From contig OY776562.1 of the NCBI GenBank assembly GCA_963675785.1, positions 2,720,001 through 2,784,000 of the forward strand: 64,000 nt of DNA, in the 5' to 3' direction. Under the pieces are notes generated by a model, which saw only the letters and a program-made list of their open reading frames with translations, did not search any database and had not been told where the DNA came from. This DNA is from Anaerolineae bacterium (GTDB taxonomy: Bacteria > Chloroflexota > Anaerolineae > UBA1429). The translations under genes were made by a program, and so were the position numbers. Positions 40,098 through 49,585 of the stretch are shown here, piece by piece (the stretch's first letter is position 1; the number at the start of each line of letters is the position of its first letter).

Positions 40098-40808
40098 ATG
40101 GACCCCAAGGCAAAATTACTCATTATTGATGATGATACAACACTGATCAAAGCCTTGGAGATGTATCTCACGCGAGAGGGCTATGAGGTACACCTTGCTA
40201 ATAATGGTATGGACGGCCTCAAGAGCTTTTACACATTGAGGCCGGAACTTGTTGTGCTTGATGTAATGATGCCCGAAATGGACGGCTGGGAGGCTTGCCG
40301 ACGTATACGTGAACTCTCGACCGTACCGATCATCATGCTCACCGCCAAAGGCCAAGAGAATGATCGGGTTATGGGTTTGAGGCTTGGCGCAGATGATTAC
40401 GTGCCTAAACCCTTTAGCCTTAAAGAACTCGTTGCCCGTGTTGAGGCTATCCTCCGCCGCACGAAAATGCAGGAATCTAGTACAAGCACGAATAATGTAT
40501 TGTATGTTACCGAGAACATCCTGATCGATTCGGAAAACTGGGAAGTTCGCCGTGATGGCGACCGCGTTGAGCTGACTTCGACAGAAATGCGCCTACTCTT
40601 TTACCTTGCCGAGAACGCCGGGCATGTCCTCTCGCATCAACAGCTCCTCCAAAAAGTGTGGGGACCCGAATACGTTGATAACATGGACTATACCAAACTG
40701 TATATCTGGCGACTCAGGCAAAAGATCGAGGAAGACCCCAAGAATCCCCGTTACATCCTCACTGCCAGGGGAATTGGATACAGAATGCAAAGAGCTGACG
40801 CGGTCTAG
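40098..40808 (+). CDS. OmpR/PhoB family response regulator (no adjacent kinase)
   Basis: 'IIDDD', 'LDVMMPEMDG', 'IMLTAK', 'GADDYVPKPF', wHTH 'YIWRLRQKIE...TARGIGY'. Confidence 0.95.
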   Translation: MDPKAKLLIIDDDTTLIKALEMYLTREGYEVHLANNGMDGLKSFYTLRPELVVLDVMMPEMDGWEACRRIRELSTVPIIMLTAKGQENDRVMGLRLGADDYVPKPFSLKELVARVEAILRRTKMQESSTSTNNVLYVTENILIDSENWEVRRDGDRVELTSTEMRLLFYLAENAGHVLSHQQLLQKVWGPEYVDNMDYTKLYIWRLRQKIEEDPKNPRYILTARGIGYRMQRADAV

Positions 40809-40857
40809 GCCGCGTCTTTTTTTGCCCTATACACATGAATCCGCGACAGAGCTTGTC

Positions 40858-40886
40858 TTGACACACCCTAGCGGCTGTGTCATACT
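40858..40886 (+). promoter_or_regulatory. Sigma70 promoter of the tsaE operon with an embedded inverted repeat
   Basis: TTGACA-17 nt-CATACT; TGACACA-10 nt-TGTGTCA. Confidence 0.55.
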
Positions 40887-40976
40887 TGCGAATACTGTGC
40901 CTGGTCAAACACTCTGGTGTCTACTGATAATCCTCTGCCAGAGCCTTAAACACCCCAATCGGGGAAAGGACGTCAC

Positions 40977-41510
40977 TTGCTAGAACCGGTGACTACCCTC
41001 AGAACGCGAACCCACAACCCAAATGAGACACGAATCCTGGGTGCTGCCTTGGGCAAAGAGCTTCAGGCTGGTTTTGTCGTCTGTTTGAATGGCGATTTGG
41101 GCTCAGGGAAAACATGCCTGACACAGGGCATCGCCAAGGGATTGTGTGTAAGCGGTGTCGTCAATAGCCCCACCTTTGTTTTTATCAACGAATACACTAC
41201 GCGAGAAAACGGCCTTTGTCTTTACCATGTTGACCTCTATCGCATCCAAAACTCTCTGGATGCACTGGCTCTCGGCCTAGAGGACTATATGTATGGCAAT
41301 GGCGTAACAGTTATAGAATGGCCCGAAAGGGCAATCGACCTCCTGCCGGAAGAATGTCTTTGGGTGCACCTAACTTATGTGGATGATCAGGAGCGCCAGT
41401 TTGTCATCAAAGCAGTAGGTGAGCGCTATATAAAGGCACTCAAGGCATTCCTTGATTCATCTCAAGATCTCGGCTTGACCCTGGAGACCCTCGATGCTGA
41501 TAGCAATTGA
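40977..41510 (+). CDS. tsaE: t6A biosynthesis ATPase TsaE
   Basis: 'GDLGSGKT', 'VNSPTF', 'YHVDLYRI', 'VIEWPE'. Confidence 0.95.
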   Translation: MLEPVTTLRTRTHNPNETRILGAALGKELQAGFVVCLNGDLGSGKTCLTQGIAKGLCVSGVVNSPTFVFINEYTTRENGLCLYHVDLYRIQNSLDALALGLEDYMYGNGVTVIEWPERAIDLLPEECLWVHLTYVDDQERQFVIKAVGERYIKALKAFLDSSQDLGLTLETLDADSN

Positions 41511-42177
41511 TACAGCAACCCGCTTTGCAAGCGTATGCCTCTATGATGAGCAGGGCATTGTCGAAGAACATGCCTGGCGATCCAACAACAACCACTCGGT
41601 AGAGACACTACCGGTCATACACAACATGCTTACTCGTCAGGGCATAGTTTCTTCAGATATTGCTGCTATCGCCGTCGTTACGGGTCCCGGCTCCTTTACC
41701 GGCCTTCGCATTGGCATGAGCATTGGCAAAGGATTAGCCTTAGCGCTGGGCATTCCCATTTTAGGTATCCCAACGCTTGACGTAACCGCTTATGCAGCTG
41801 GAGATCCCGGCATGCCCGTTCTTGCTGTCCTCGAAATAGGAAGAAATCGGATATGCGTAGGCCGCTATACTTTTCAGGAAGGCTTGCCTGTCCTTGATCA
41901 AGACACTCTTCTCGTTTCTACCCAAGAATGGGTAGCTGATGCCTCTGAACCGGTCTTTGTTACCGGAGAGATAAGCGAAAAGTTGGCCACCAGATTGTTG
42001 GCTCAGGATAATGCCGAAAATATCTCGCTCTCTTCCATGGCAGGATCGATCCGTCGCTCTGGCTATCTGGCAGAACTTGCTTGGGAGCGCTTTTCTGCCG
42101 GGGAAAGCGATAACCTGGATACGCTAAGCCCGGTTTATGCTCATCATCCTCAATCTGGTACGGGATCAGAGGCATGA
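41494..42177 (+). CDS. tsaB: t6A biosynthesis protein TsaB
   Basis: 'LIAIDTAT', 'HSVETLP', 'GPGSFTGLRIG'. Confidence 0.95.
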   Translation: MLIAIDTATRFASVCLYDEQGIVEEHAWRSNNNHSVETLPVIHNMLTRQGIVSSDIAAIAVVTGPGSFTGLRIGMSIGKGLALALGIPILGIPTLDVTAYAAGDPGMPVLAVLEIGRNRICVGRYTFQEGLPVLDQDTLLVSTQEWVADASEPVFVTGEISEKLATRLLAQDNAENISLSSMAGSIRRSGYLAELAWERFSAGESDNLDTLSPVYAHHPQSGTGSEA

Positions 42178-42800
42178 AGCCCCTGGTGCTGGCTTCTCTG
42201 CCGTTTCGCATTCAAACCATGACTCCCGCACACATCCCTACAGTGGCAGCCATTGAAAAGGATACCTTTGGTGCCCCTTGGCCCGAAAGTGCCTTTGTGC
42301 AAGAAGTTTCTCATAACCCCTATTCAACCTATCTGATCCTTCAATACCTACCACCAACCAAACGAAAAAACTTGAATCTGACAAGCCCTTTCAGAAAGGG
42401 CAGAGTAGATCCATCTATTATTGGTTACGGCGGATTCTGGCAGATGGTCGATGAAGCACACATTTGCACGCTGGCCATGCGCCAGGACTGGAGAAGCCGA
42501 GGCCTTGGCGAGCTTTTGCTGCTCGCTCTCATCCGCCAGGCCATGGAACTCGATATTGAGCGGCTTTCCCTCGAAGTCCGTCTATCTAATACGATCGCCC
42601 AATCCTTATATCGCAAGTACGGCTTTGAGGTAGTGGGGGATCGGCCCAGATACTATTCTGATAATCAAGAAGATGCACTCATCATGACAACATCAGATGT
42701 ACGTACGCCAAACTACAAACAGACAGTGGTAGACTTGAGCAATGCATTGCTTGAGCAGCTCAATACGCTCGATTTAGAATCCCTGCCAACAGACAATTAG
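42174..42800 (+). CDS. rimI: Ribosomal-protein-alanine N-acetyltransferase RimI
   Basis: 'IEKDTFGAPW', 'DEAHICTLA', 'LEVRLSNTIAQSLY', 'YYSDNQEDALIM'. Confidence 0.93.
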   Translation: MKPLVLASLPFRIQTMTPAHIPTVAAIEKDTFGAPWPESAFVQEVSHNPYSTYLILQYLPPTKRKNLNLTSPFRKGRVDPSIIGYGGFWQMVDEAHICTLAMRQDWRSRGLGELLLLALIRQAMELDIERLSLEVRLSNTIAQSLYRKYGFEVVGDRPRYYSDNQEDALIMTTSDVRTPNYKQTVVDLSNALLEQLNTLDLESLPTDN

Positions 42801-42823
42801 CCACTATGAAAAAGGAAAAAGCC

Positions 42824-43597
42824 ATGAGCGACGGCGCCCCGCTTGTTCTGCTGGCAAACGATGACGGTATTGCTGCTCCTGGTATTGCTGCTTTGTACGA
42901 ACAAATATCGCAGATTGCAGAAACCGTCGTTATTGCACCAGAGCGCAACTGGTCGGCATCGGGCCACAGCAAAACCATGCATAAACCTCTTAGGCTGTAC
43001 CAAGCACCTCTGATGAATGGCGCAATGGGCTGGGCCTGTAGTGGTTCTCCTTCAGACTGTGTGGCTGTTGCGCTACTTGGCGCGTTGGAAAGACGCCCCA
43101 CCATGGTCATTTCTGGCATCAACCAAGGGGCCAATGTTGCTCAGGACCTGACGTATTCTGGCACTGTATCCGCTGCCATGGAAGCCGTGATTGGCGGCGT
43201 TCCTGGGATTGCTATCTCTCTTAATAGCTATACCTCAACGCGCTTTGACATCGCTGCCGAATTTGCTGCATTGCTGACAAAACGCCTCTTGAGCGAGCCC
43301 AATGAACCGCCTCTGCTGCTCAACGTCAATGTCCCTGCTCTTGAACGGGATGAGATCAATGGCATTGAAATCACACGCCTTGGCAGGCGCATCTATCGTG
43401 ACGCGCTCATCAAAAGAGTGGACCCCAGAGGCAGACCCTATTTCTGGATCGGTGGGGAAGAACCTGATGGCGTCATAGAGGATAAAACCGATATTGGCGC
43501 GCTTGCTAACCAGCGTATTTCCATCACACCGCTCCATCTGGATATGACCGATGTGGAAAACTTGCAAACAGTTGCTGATCTCAAGCTAGATTGGTGA
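42824..43597 (+). CDS. surE: 5'/3'-nucleotidase SurE
   Basis: 'LANDDGIAAPGI', 'GSPSDCV', 'SGINQGAN', 'YSGTVSAA', 'LNVNVP'. Confidence 0.96.
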   Translation: MSDGAPLVLLANDDGIAAPGIAALYEQISQIAETVVIAPERNWSASGHSKTMHKPLRLYQAPLMNGAMGWACSGSPSDCVAVALLGALERRPTMVISGINQGANVAQDLTYSGTVSAAMEAVIGGVPGIAISLNSYTSTRFDIAAEFAALLTKRLLSEPNEPPLLLNVNVPALERDEINGIEITRLGRRIYRDALIKRVDPRGRPYFWIGGEEPDGVIEDKTDIGALANQRISITPLHLDMTDVENLQTVADLKLDW

Positions 43598-43723
43598 TTC
43601 CAATCTAAATAAACTGGCACGAAACTATTCAATTCTAAAAGGGTTGTAAAAGTGACGAGTACTGCCGTAGCCTGAGTTCATCTAGGTGATAACGGCTCTG
43701 ATAACAGAGACTGAGGAGAAATC

Positions 43724-44587
43724 ATGGCTTCAATAGTTTTCGTGACAGACAGTACCGCCGGTCTCAAAGCCAGTTTTGCCCAGGAGAACAACATTCAGGT
43801 CGTACCACTCTACATGCAAACTGAAGACAGCATCTATCGCGACGGTGTTGATCTCACTGCCAAAGACTTTTACGAGTTACTACCCAGCCTGAACAAACTC
43901 CCCACCACCTCGCAGCCCTCAGTAGGCGATTTCGTTTCTGTCTATTCTGAACTCATTGAAAAGGGTGCTGAAGCCATCGTCTCGGTGCATATTCCCTCGG
44001 GCATCAGCGGAACGACAAACTCGGCACGCTTGGCCGCCGAACAGTTTCCCAAAACGCGTATCGAGATTATCGACATGACCTGCCCTTGTGCAGCTGCTCA
44101 GCTGGCTATTGAAGCCGGAGTCCGTGCAAACTTGGCCGGCGAGTCCGTAGATGCCGTGGTCAAGGCTGTCGAGGCTGTATCTGAATCCCACGGCACTGTC
44201 TTTATGGTGGATACGCTTGAGTATCTTCATAAAGGTGGGCGTATTGGTGGCGCATCGGCCTTGGTTGGTTCAGTGCTCAAATTCAAGCCCCTTCTCTATT
44301 TCAATGACCGGAAAATAGACGCCATTGGTCGAGAGCGGGGCGCGGAAAAAGCCTTGGATGCTATGCTCAGAATTATGGACGGCTGGATGCCCAAAGACGA
44401 ACCGCTCAAAGCCGTCATGATGGTCGCCCAATCTGAAGATCGAGCCGAGCGTATCCTACAAAAAGCCAGCGGCATACTGAATATCGTTGAAGTTGACACA
44501 GCCTGGCTAAGCCCGGTTATCGGGGCACACGTAGGCCCCGGCTGCCTGGGCATGTGCTGCTGTCCAATGGACAAACTGCACATCTAG
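43724..44587 (+). CDS. DegV family fatty-acid binding protein
   Basis: 'VTDSTA', 'PTTSQPS', 'SGISGT', 'LEYLHKGGRIG', 'IGAHVGPG'. Confidence 0.95.
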   Translation: MASIVFVTDSTAGLKASFAQENNIQVVPLYMQTEDSIYRDGVDLTAKDFYELLPSLNKLPTTSQPSVGDFVSVYSELIEKGAEAIVSVHIPSGISGTTNSARLAAEQFPKTRIEIIDMTCPCAAAQLAIEAGVRANLAGESVDAVVKAVEAVSESHGTVFMVDTLEYLHKGGRIGGASALVGSVLKFKPLLYFNDRKIDAIGRERGAEKALDAMLRIMDGWMPKDEPLKAVMMVAQSEDRAERILQKASGILNIVEVDTAWLSPVIGAHVGPGCLGMCCCPMDKLHI

Positions 44588-44907
44588 GCATCTTTTTCAA
44601 GTTTGATATGAACGGCAGCAGGCAGGGCTAGGCCTGCTGCCACTTCTATTGCCTTGATCACAGCGCAGGGCACTGGGCAGGCCGCATGCAGCTTTGCCCT
44701 CGATGCGGCTTGATAGATTGCCGTTTCAGTAATGCGCTTGGTGATAATCTCCATCGCGTCTACCTCGCCCAACTCTTCTGCCAGTTTTTGCACGTGATTG
44801 CATCGGCTGGATATCACGATCTCAGCTTTATAGGTTGCCGAATCGACCTGCACCTCGACCACCGTCTCAAACCCACAAATACCCGGATTAACAGTCGCTC
44901 TTGCCAT
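44584..44907 (-). CDS. Small Cys-containing protein (DUF6951-like, putative metal/Fe-S binding)
   Basis: 'VNPGICGF...SRCNHV...HAACPVPCAVIKAIEVAAGLALP'; RBS AGGAGG. Confidence 0.7.
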   Translation of the reverse strand: MARATVNPGICGFETVVEVQVDSATYKAEIVISSRCNHVQKLAEELGEVDAMEIITKRITETAIYQAASRAKLHAACPVPCAVIKAIEVAAGLALPAAVHIKLEKDA

Positions 44908-44962
44908 CATGCCTCCTATAGATGACTTAATGATACCACATTCCCCACTGCGCATAGATTGT

Positions 44963-44991
44963 TTGACACGCCAATGCCGATATGCTACGAT
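44963..44991 (+). promoter_or_regulatory. his operon promoter
   Basis: TTGACA-17 nt-TACGAT with extended -10 TG. Confidence 0.75.
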
Positions 44992-45017
44992 GACACGCAA
45001 TGGAGGGATTGATCGAC

Positions 45018-45116
45018 ATGAACCGATACAACCCTGTACAAGTCAGCAGAAATGGCCAGTGCACAAGCATCTGGTGTTGTTTGTTTTCATCTCTTCATCA
45101 TCATAAGAACAGGTGA
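45018..45116 (+). CDS. hisL: his operon leader peptide (32 aa, tandem His-His-His)
   Basis: GGAGG RBS, ATG 45018; MNRYNPVQVSRNGQCTSIWCCLFSSLHHHKNR*; CAT CAT CAT at 45096-45104. Confidence 0.75.
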   Translation: MNRYNPVQVSRNGQCTSIWCCLFSSLHHHKNR

Positions 45117-45160
45117 TCGACTCGGCAGCCAAGGGAGGTTGCCCGGGACGCTCACCGCTG

Positions 45161-45192
45161 GAGACTAGTTCGCAGGAACTGGTCTTTTTTAT
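45161..45192 (+). terminator. his attenuator terminator
   Basis: GAGACTAGTTC-GCAG-GAACTGGTCTT-TTTT between the leader ORF and hisZ. Confidence 0.8.
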
Positions 45193-45224
45193 TTGTAATG
45201 GGGCAAATCTTGCGAGGACAAGCC

Positions 45225-46484
45225 ATGGGAGATTCGAATCTGAGAGCTAGATTGCCGCACGGCCTCTCGGACGTATTCTTTGAACAAGCGGCACTAAAAG
45301 AAAAGCTAGAAGCTGCTGCCGGGCACGTATTTGCCCAATGGGGTTATGGCCGTATTTATGTGCCTACGTTCGAGTATTACGACAGCCTGACAACCGAAGC
45401 CAGTGCGCGCACCCGTAGTGAGATGTATCGCTTTTTTGACCGTGACGGCCACGTAATGGCTCTGCGCCCCGATATGACCGTAGCTACCGCGCGTGTAGCC
45501 GGCACGAAACTGTACGATCAGCCGCTACCCCTGCGTTTTTACTACATTGGCAATGTCTTTCGCCATGTGGCCCCGCAAGCAGGACGTCAACATGAATTCA
45601 CCCAGGCAGGCATCGAATTGCTAGGAGTTTCTACGCCCGAAGCAGATGCAGAAGTAGTCTCAGTAACAGTGGCCACCTTGGTAGCCATGGGCCTGACTGA
45701 TTTTCAGATCAATTTGGGGCAGGTAGCCTTTCTCAAGGGGCTTCTGGACAATACCAGTATCAGCACCGAGGATATTGTCTCTCTGGAAGATGCCATCGAG
45801 CGCAAGAACCCGGTAGAGATCAATCAAACGATCTCCCGACTCGGGTTGGATCAATCCACCGAGAACGCCATCAGGGCCATTCCTTCACTTTGCGGCCGTG
45901 ATGGCGTTCTTGATAGTGCTCGCAAGCTGGCTACCACTCGGGCATCGCAAGAGGCTATCGAAAGACTGGTTCAGGTCTACAAGCTGCTTCAAGATGCTGG
46001 GATGGGCGACCATGTCATTCTCGATCTGGGCGAAGCCCGTAGCATGGGCTATTACACCGGCACTACCTATCACGTCTATGCCGCTGGTCTGGGATTCCCT
46101 ATTTGTAGTGGTGGACGTTATGACAACCTCGTCGCTCATTACGGCAAGATCATGCCAGCCATGGGTTTTGCTCTAGGCATCGAACGGGTGATGCTGCTGA
46201 TGGACGAGCCCGAACCATTGGGGCCCGATGTACTCTTTGCCACCGGTGGCTATGCCGAATGTTATCCCCTCATCACCGCCATGCGCCAGAGTGGCCTAAT
46301 TGTGGAACAAGAAATCAGCGGACGAACAGGGCAAGAATTGACCAACTATGCCTGCCAAAGCCATGCCCGCCGTTGGATTACCTGCCAGGCCGGCAGCAAG
46401 TTCATCGTTCACATCGGCGATGATACCAAGACCTATTCGCCCACAGAACTCGCTGAGGAGATTGCCATATGGGCCCGCTCATAA
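45225..46484 (+). CDS. hisZ: ATP phosphoribosyltransferase regulatory subunit
   Basis: HisRS-like 'PTFEYYD', 'LRPDMT', 'EFTQAGIEL', 'YYTG', 'GGRYDNL'; precedes short hisG. Confidence 0.93.
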   Translation: MGDSNLRARLPHGLSDVFFEQAALKEKLEAAAGHVFAQWGYGRIYVPTFEYYDSLTTEASARTRSEMYRFFDRDGHVMALRPDMTVATARVAGTKLYDQPLPLRFYYIGNVFRHVAPQAGRQHEFTQAGIELLGVSTPEADAEVVSVTVATLVAMGLTDFQINLGQVAFLKGLLDNTSISTEDIVSLEDAIERKNPVEINQTISRLGLDQSTENAIRAIPSLCGRDGVLDSARKLATTRASQEAIERLVQVYKLLQDAGMGDHVILDLGEARSMGYYTGTTYHVYAAGLGFPICSGGRYDNLVAHYGKIMPAMGFALGIERVMLLMDEPEPLGPDVLFATGGYAECYPLITAMRQSGLIVEQEISGRTGQELTNYACQSHARRWITCQAGSKFIVHIGDDTKTYSPTELAEEIAIWARS

Positions 46485-47122
46485 TTGCCTTGCCAAAAGG
46501 GCGTATGCAAATTGATGCTCTGGAGCTGTTTGCCGAGATTGGCTATCCCACCGATGAATCCGATATCGGCCGTAAACTCGTTTTTGACGATGAAACCGGA
46601 CGGCTGCGCTTTATCCTAGCAAAACCTTCTGATGTGCCTACCTATGTGGAATACGGCGCCGCCGATCTCGGCATCGTCGGACAGGATACCCTGCACGAAT
46701 CCGAATGGGACCTTTATGAGCCGCTGGCGCTGAACTTTGCTCATTGTCACTTGGCCCTGGCCGGCCCGCCCGAAATGAGAGAGGCCAACTTGCGCCTGCG
46801 ATCGGGCGTTAGAGTTGCCAGTAAATACCCAAATTTGGCCAACCAATATTTCGAGTCGTTGGGCATCTCAGCAGAGGTGATCTACCTCAGCGGCTCGGTG
46901 GAGCTGGGTCCTGCCACTGGCCTAGCTGACCTACTCGTAGACCTCGTACAAACGGGGCGTACCTTGGTGGAAAACGGCCTAGTCGAGTTGGACACCATCA
47001 TGGAATCACAGGCCGTATTGGTCGTCAATCGCGCCAGCCACAAGCTGCGCTTTGAAGCAATCCAAGAGATCATCAACCAGCTAGCTCTGCGTGTCGAGGA
47101 AAGAAGGCCCAAGAATGACTAG
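46469..47122 (+). CDS. hisG: ATP phosphoribosyltransferase (short form)
   Basis: 'IALPKGRM', 'DVPTYVEYGAADLGIVGQD', 'ASKYP', 'GSVELGP', 'VQTGRTL'. Confidence 0.96.
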   Translation: MGPLIIALPKGRMQIDALELFAEIGYPTDESDIGRKLVFDDETGRLRFILAKPSDVPTYVEYGAADLGIVGQDTLHESEWDLYEPLALNFAHCHLALAGPPEMREANLRLRSGVRVASKYPNLANQYFESLGISAEVIYLSGSVELGPATGLADLLVDLVQTGRTLVENGLVELDTIMESQAVLVVNRASHKLRFEAIQEIINQLALRVEERRPKND

Positions 47123-48473
47123 CATGGTCAAAATAGTTCGCGGGGCAAATGAGGCCCGTCGTACACTGCTCAAGCGCCGTGCGCTGGCCGATATGGAAGC
47201 CTCCAGCGATGTACAGCAAGGTACACAAGAGCTCTTTGGCGAGCCTTTGACGCCCGATCAAGTCGTCAGCCGTATTCTTGGTGAAGTGCGTGATAACGGT
47301 GACCAGGCTGTGTTCAAATACACCGAGCTATTGGATCACACCAAGCTTGATAGTCTGCGCGTACCTCAAAAGCGCATTCTACAAGCCTGGGAGAATACCT
47401 CCACCGAACTACAAGAGGCCCTTCAACTCTGTGCAAAGCGCATCAGTTCCTTTTACGAAAAGCAACCTTGGTCATCCTGGCTAGATTGGGATGGTAAGGG
47501 CGGTGCTCTGGGGCAAATGCTTCGCCCGCTGGAGCGTGTGGGCATTTATGCCCCCAATGGCCGCGCGCCTTATCCTTCTTCGGTGCTCATGGGGGCAATA
47601 CCGGCCCGTGTGGCCGGCGTACCCGAAATCGTGTTGGCCACGCCACCACACAATGGTGAATTGAATGACACCATCCTGGCGGCCGCTTATGTGGCCGGCG
47701 TGCAAGAGGTCTATGCCATGGGCGGTGCACAAGCTATTGGCGCTCTGGCTTATGGCACCGAAACAGTAGGCCGCGTCGACAAGATTCTGGGCCCTGGCAA
47801 CATTTTTGTGGTGTTGGCTAAGCGTCAAGTGTTTGGTTTGGTGGATATCGACCAACTGCCTGGCCCCACTGAGACGCTGCTGGTAGCCGATGACTCTGCC
47901 AATCCGCGCTATTGCGCCGCAGATATGTTGGCCCAGGCCGAGCACGATCCCATGGCTTCGGCACTGCTCATCACCCCCTCTGAGGCTTTGGCCCTGGCCG
48001 TTGCCCAAGAGTTGGAAGAACAAGTCAAACTGCTCTCTCGTCAGGAGATCATCCGCGAGTCATTCAGTAGGCAAAGCGGCATTGTCGTTTGCGCTTCCAT
48101 TGACGAGGCCATTGACCTAGCCAATGAATACGCGGCGGAACACCTCTGTCTGATCACCCGTGACCCCTATTCGCAACTCGGTCGCATCAAGAATGCTGGC
48201 GGCGTGTTCCTCGGCGAGCTCTCTTGCGAAGCCCTGGGGGATTATGCCATCGGCCCCAGCCATGTCATGCCCACCGGCCAAACTGCACGATTCTCTTCGC
48301 CGCTCAATGTCTGGGATTTTCTCAAGATCACCAGCGTGTTCGGCATCGACGAGGAGATGGTACGCACCACCGGTCCGGCCGGCATGCGTGTTGCTGAAGA
48401 AGAAGGGCTCACCGCCCACGCTCAGGCCATTCGTGTACGCTATCAAGACATCCTAGGAAAGGACGCTGAATGA
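47115..48473 (+). CDS. hisD: Histidinol dehydrogenase
   Basis: 'GGAQAIGALAYGTE', 'GPGNIFV', 'PGPTE', 'QAEHD', 'GDYAIGPSHVMPT'. Confidence 0.97.
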   Translation: MTSMVKIVRGANEARRTLLKRRALADMEASSDVQQGTQELFGEPLTPDQVVSRILGEVRDNGDQAVFKYTELLDHTKLDSLRVPQKRILQAWENTSTELQEALQLCAKRISSFYEKQPWSSWLDWDGKGGALGQMLRPLERVGIYAPNGRAPYPSSVLMGAIPARVAGVPEIVLATPPHNGELNDTILAAAYVAGVQEVYAMGGAQAIGALAYGTETVGRVDKILGPGNIFVVLAKRQVFGLVDIDQLPGPTETLLVADDSANPRYCAADMLAQAEHDPMASALLITPSEALALAVAQELEEQVKLLSRQEIIRESFSRQSGIVVCASIDEAIDLANEYAAEHLCLITRDPYSQLGRIKNAGGVFLGELSCEALGDYAIGPSHVMPTGQTARFSSPLNVWDFLKITSVFGIDEEMVRTTGPAGMRVAEEEGLTAHAQAIRVRYQDILGKDAE

Positions 48474-49576
48474 AATCCGCCTTTGCGCCACAACAGTTTA
48501 TTGCCTCCCGCGTGGCCAATCTGCAAGAATATGCGCCTGAACCCTTGGAAGCCGTGGCCGAACGTCTGGGTATGCCGCTAGAACAGTTGATCAAGTTGGA
48601 TGCCAACGAGAACCCCTACGGGCCCACCCCCGCGGCGCTCACAGCGCTCAAGGCCTACGACTATTATCATCAGTACCCAGACGCCATCAGCCGCAAGCTG
48701 CGCGCCGCGCTGGCCGATTACGTCGGCGTGCCTATGGAGAACATTCTCGTCGGCAACGGCTCTGATGAGCTCATTGATATGACCGTCCGCTTGTTCAGGC
48801 CAGGGGAAGATGAGCACGGCATTGCCCGTCTTATCACCTGCCCACCGACCTTCGGCATGTATGATATATATGCCTCAGCCAACGACTTGGAGATCATCAC
48901 AATCCCCAGAAAGACCGATTTCTCGCTCGATCTGGAGAGCGTCGAGGCGCTATTTGAGATAGATAGCACACCAGCTATTCTCTTTGTAGCCTCGCCGAAC
49001 AACCCGGACGGCAAACTGCTGCCCGAGAGTGATCTACTGCGCCTATTGGCTCTGCCTGCATTAGTAGTGATCGATGAGGCCTATATCGAATTCGCCGGCA
49101 CGTCATACGCGCCGCTTGTTCTAGAGTATGAAAACTTGATAGTGTTGCGCACCTTTTCCAAGTGGGCCGGCCTGGCCGGGCTCCGCGTAGGCTATGGTGT
49201 CTATCCAGCAGAGCTCATGCCCTCGCTCTGGCGCCAAAAGGCACCCTACAATGTCAATTGCGCCGCGCAGGTGGCCGCACTGGCTACGCTGGAGCACGTC
49301 GATGAAGCACTCAAACGCCTCGACCTCATCAAGACAGAGCGAGATCGCTTGATTGCCGCTCTGAATGCCCTCGACGGCATCAAGGTGCTGCCCAGTGATA
49401 CCAACTTTGTGCTCGTTGAACCGACCAAGCTGTCCATCAATGAAGTTCGGGAGCGTATGGAAGCCCGTGGCATCATGATCCGCTATTACGGCAGTCCAGA
49501 CTTGAAGGATTATGTCCGCGTCTCTGTGGGGACGCCTGAACAAAACGCCTTGCTTATCGCGGCATTTACTGCTTAG
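48470..49576 (+). CDS. hisC: Histidinol-phosphate aminotransferase
   Basis: 'KLDANENPYG', 'GNGSDELI', 'SPNNPDG', 'DEAYIEF', 'RTFSKWAGLAGLRVGY'. Confidence 0.96.
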   Translation: MKSAFAPQQFIASRVANLQEYAPEPLEAVAERLGMPLEQLIKLDANENPYGPTPAALTALKAYDYYHQYPDAISRKLRAALADYVGVPMENILVGNGSDELIDMTVRLFRPGEDEHGIARLITCPPTFGMYDIYASANDLEIITIPRKTDFSLDLESVEALFEIDSTPAILFVASPNNPDGKLLPESDLLRLLALPALVVIDEAYIEFAGTSYAPLVLEYENLIVLRTFSKWAGLAGLRVGYGVYPAELMPSLWRQKAPYNVNCAAQVAALATLEHVDEALKRLDLIKTERDRLIAALNALDGIKVLPSDTNFVLVEPTKLSINEVRERMEARGIMIRYYGSPDLKDYVRVSVGTPEQNALLIAAFTA

Positions 49577-49585
49577 GAGACGCCC

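Noticed and set aside
43620-43715. Hairpins upstream of the DegV gene
   Set aside because: Short imperfect stems with no recognisable motif; compatible with chance.
44909-45106. 65-aa + strand ORF over the his leader
   Set aside because: It starts upstream of the promoter and has no RBS. The 32-aa HHH ORF in another frame explains the region better.
45000-45200. T-box riboswitch for the his operon
   Set aside because: No T-box consensus (GGTGGnACC) before the terminator.
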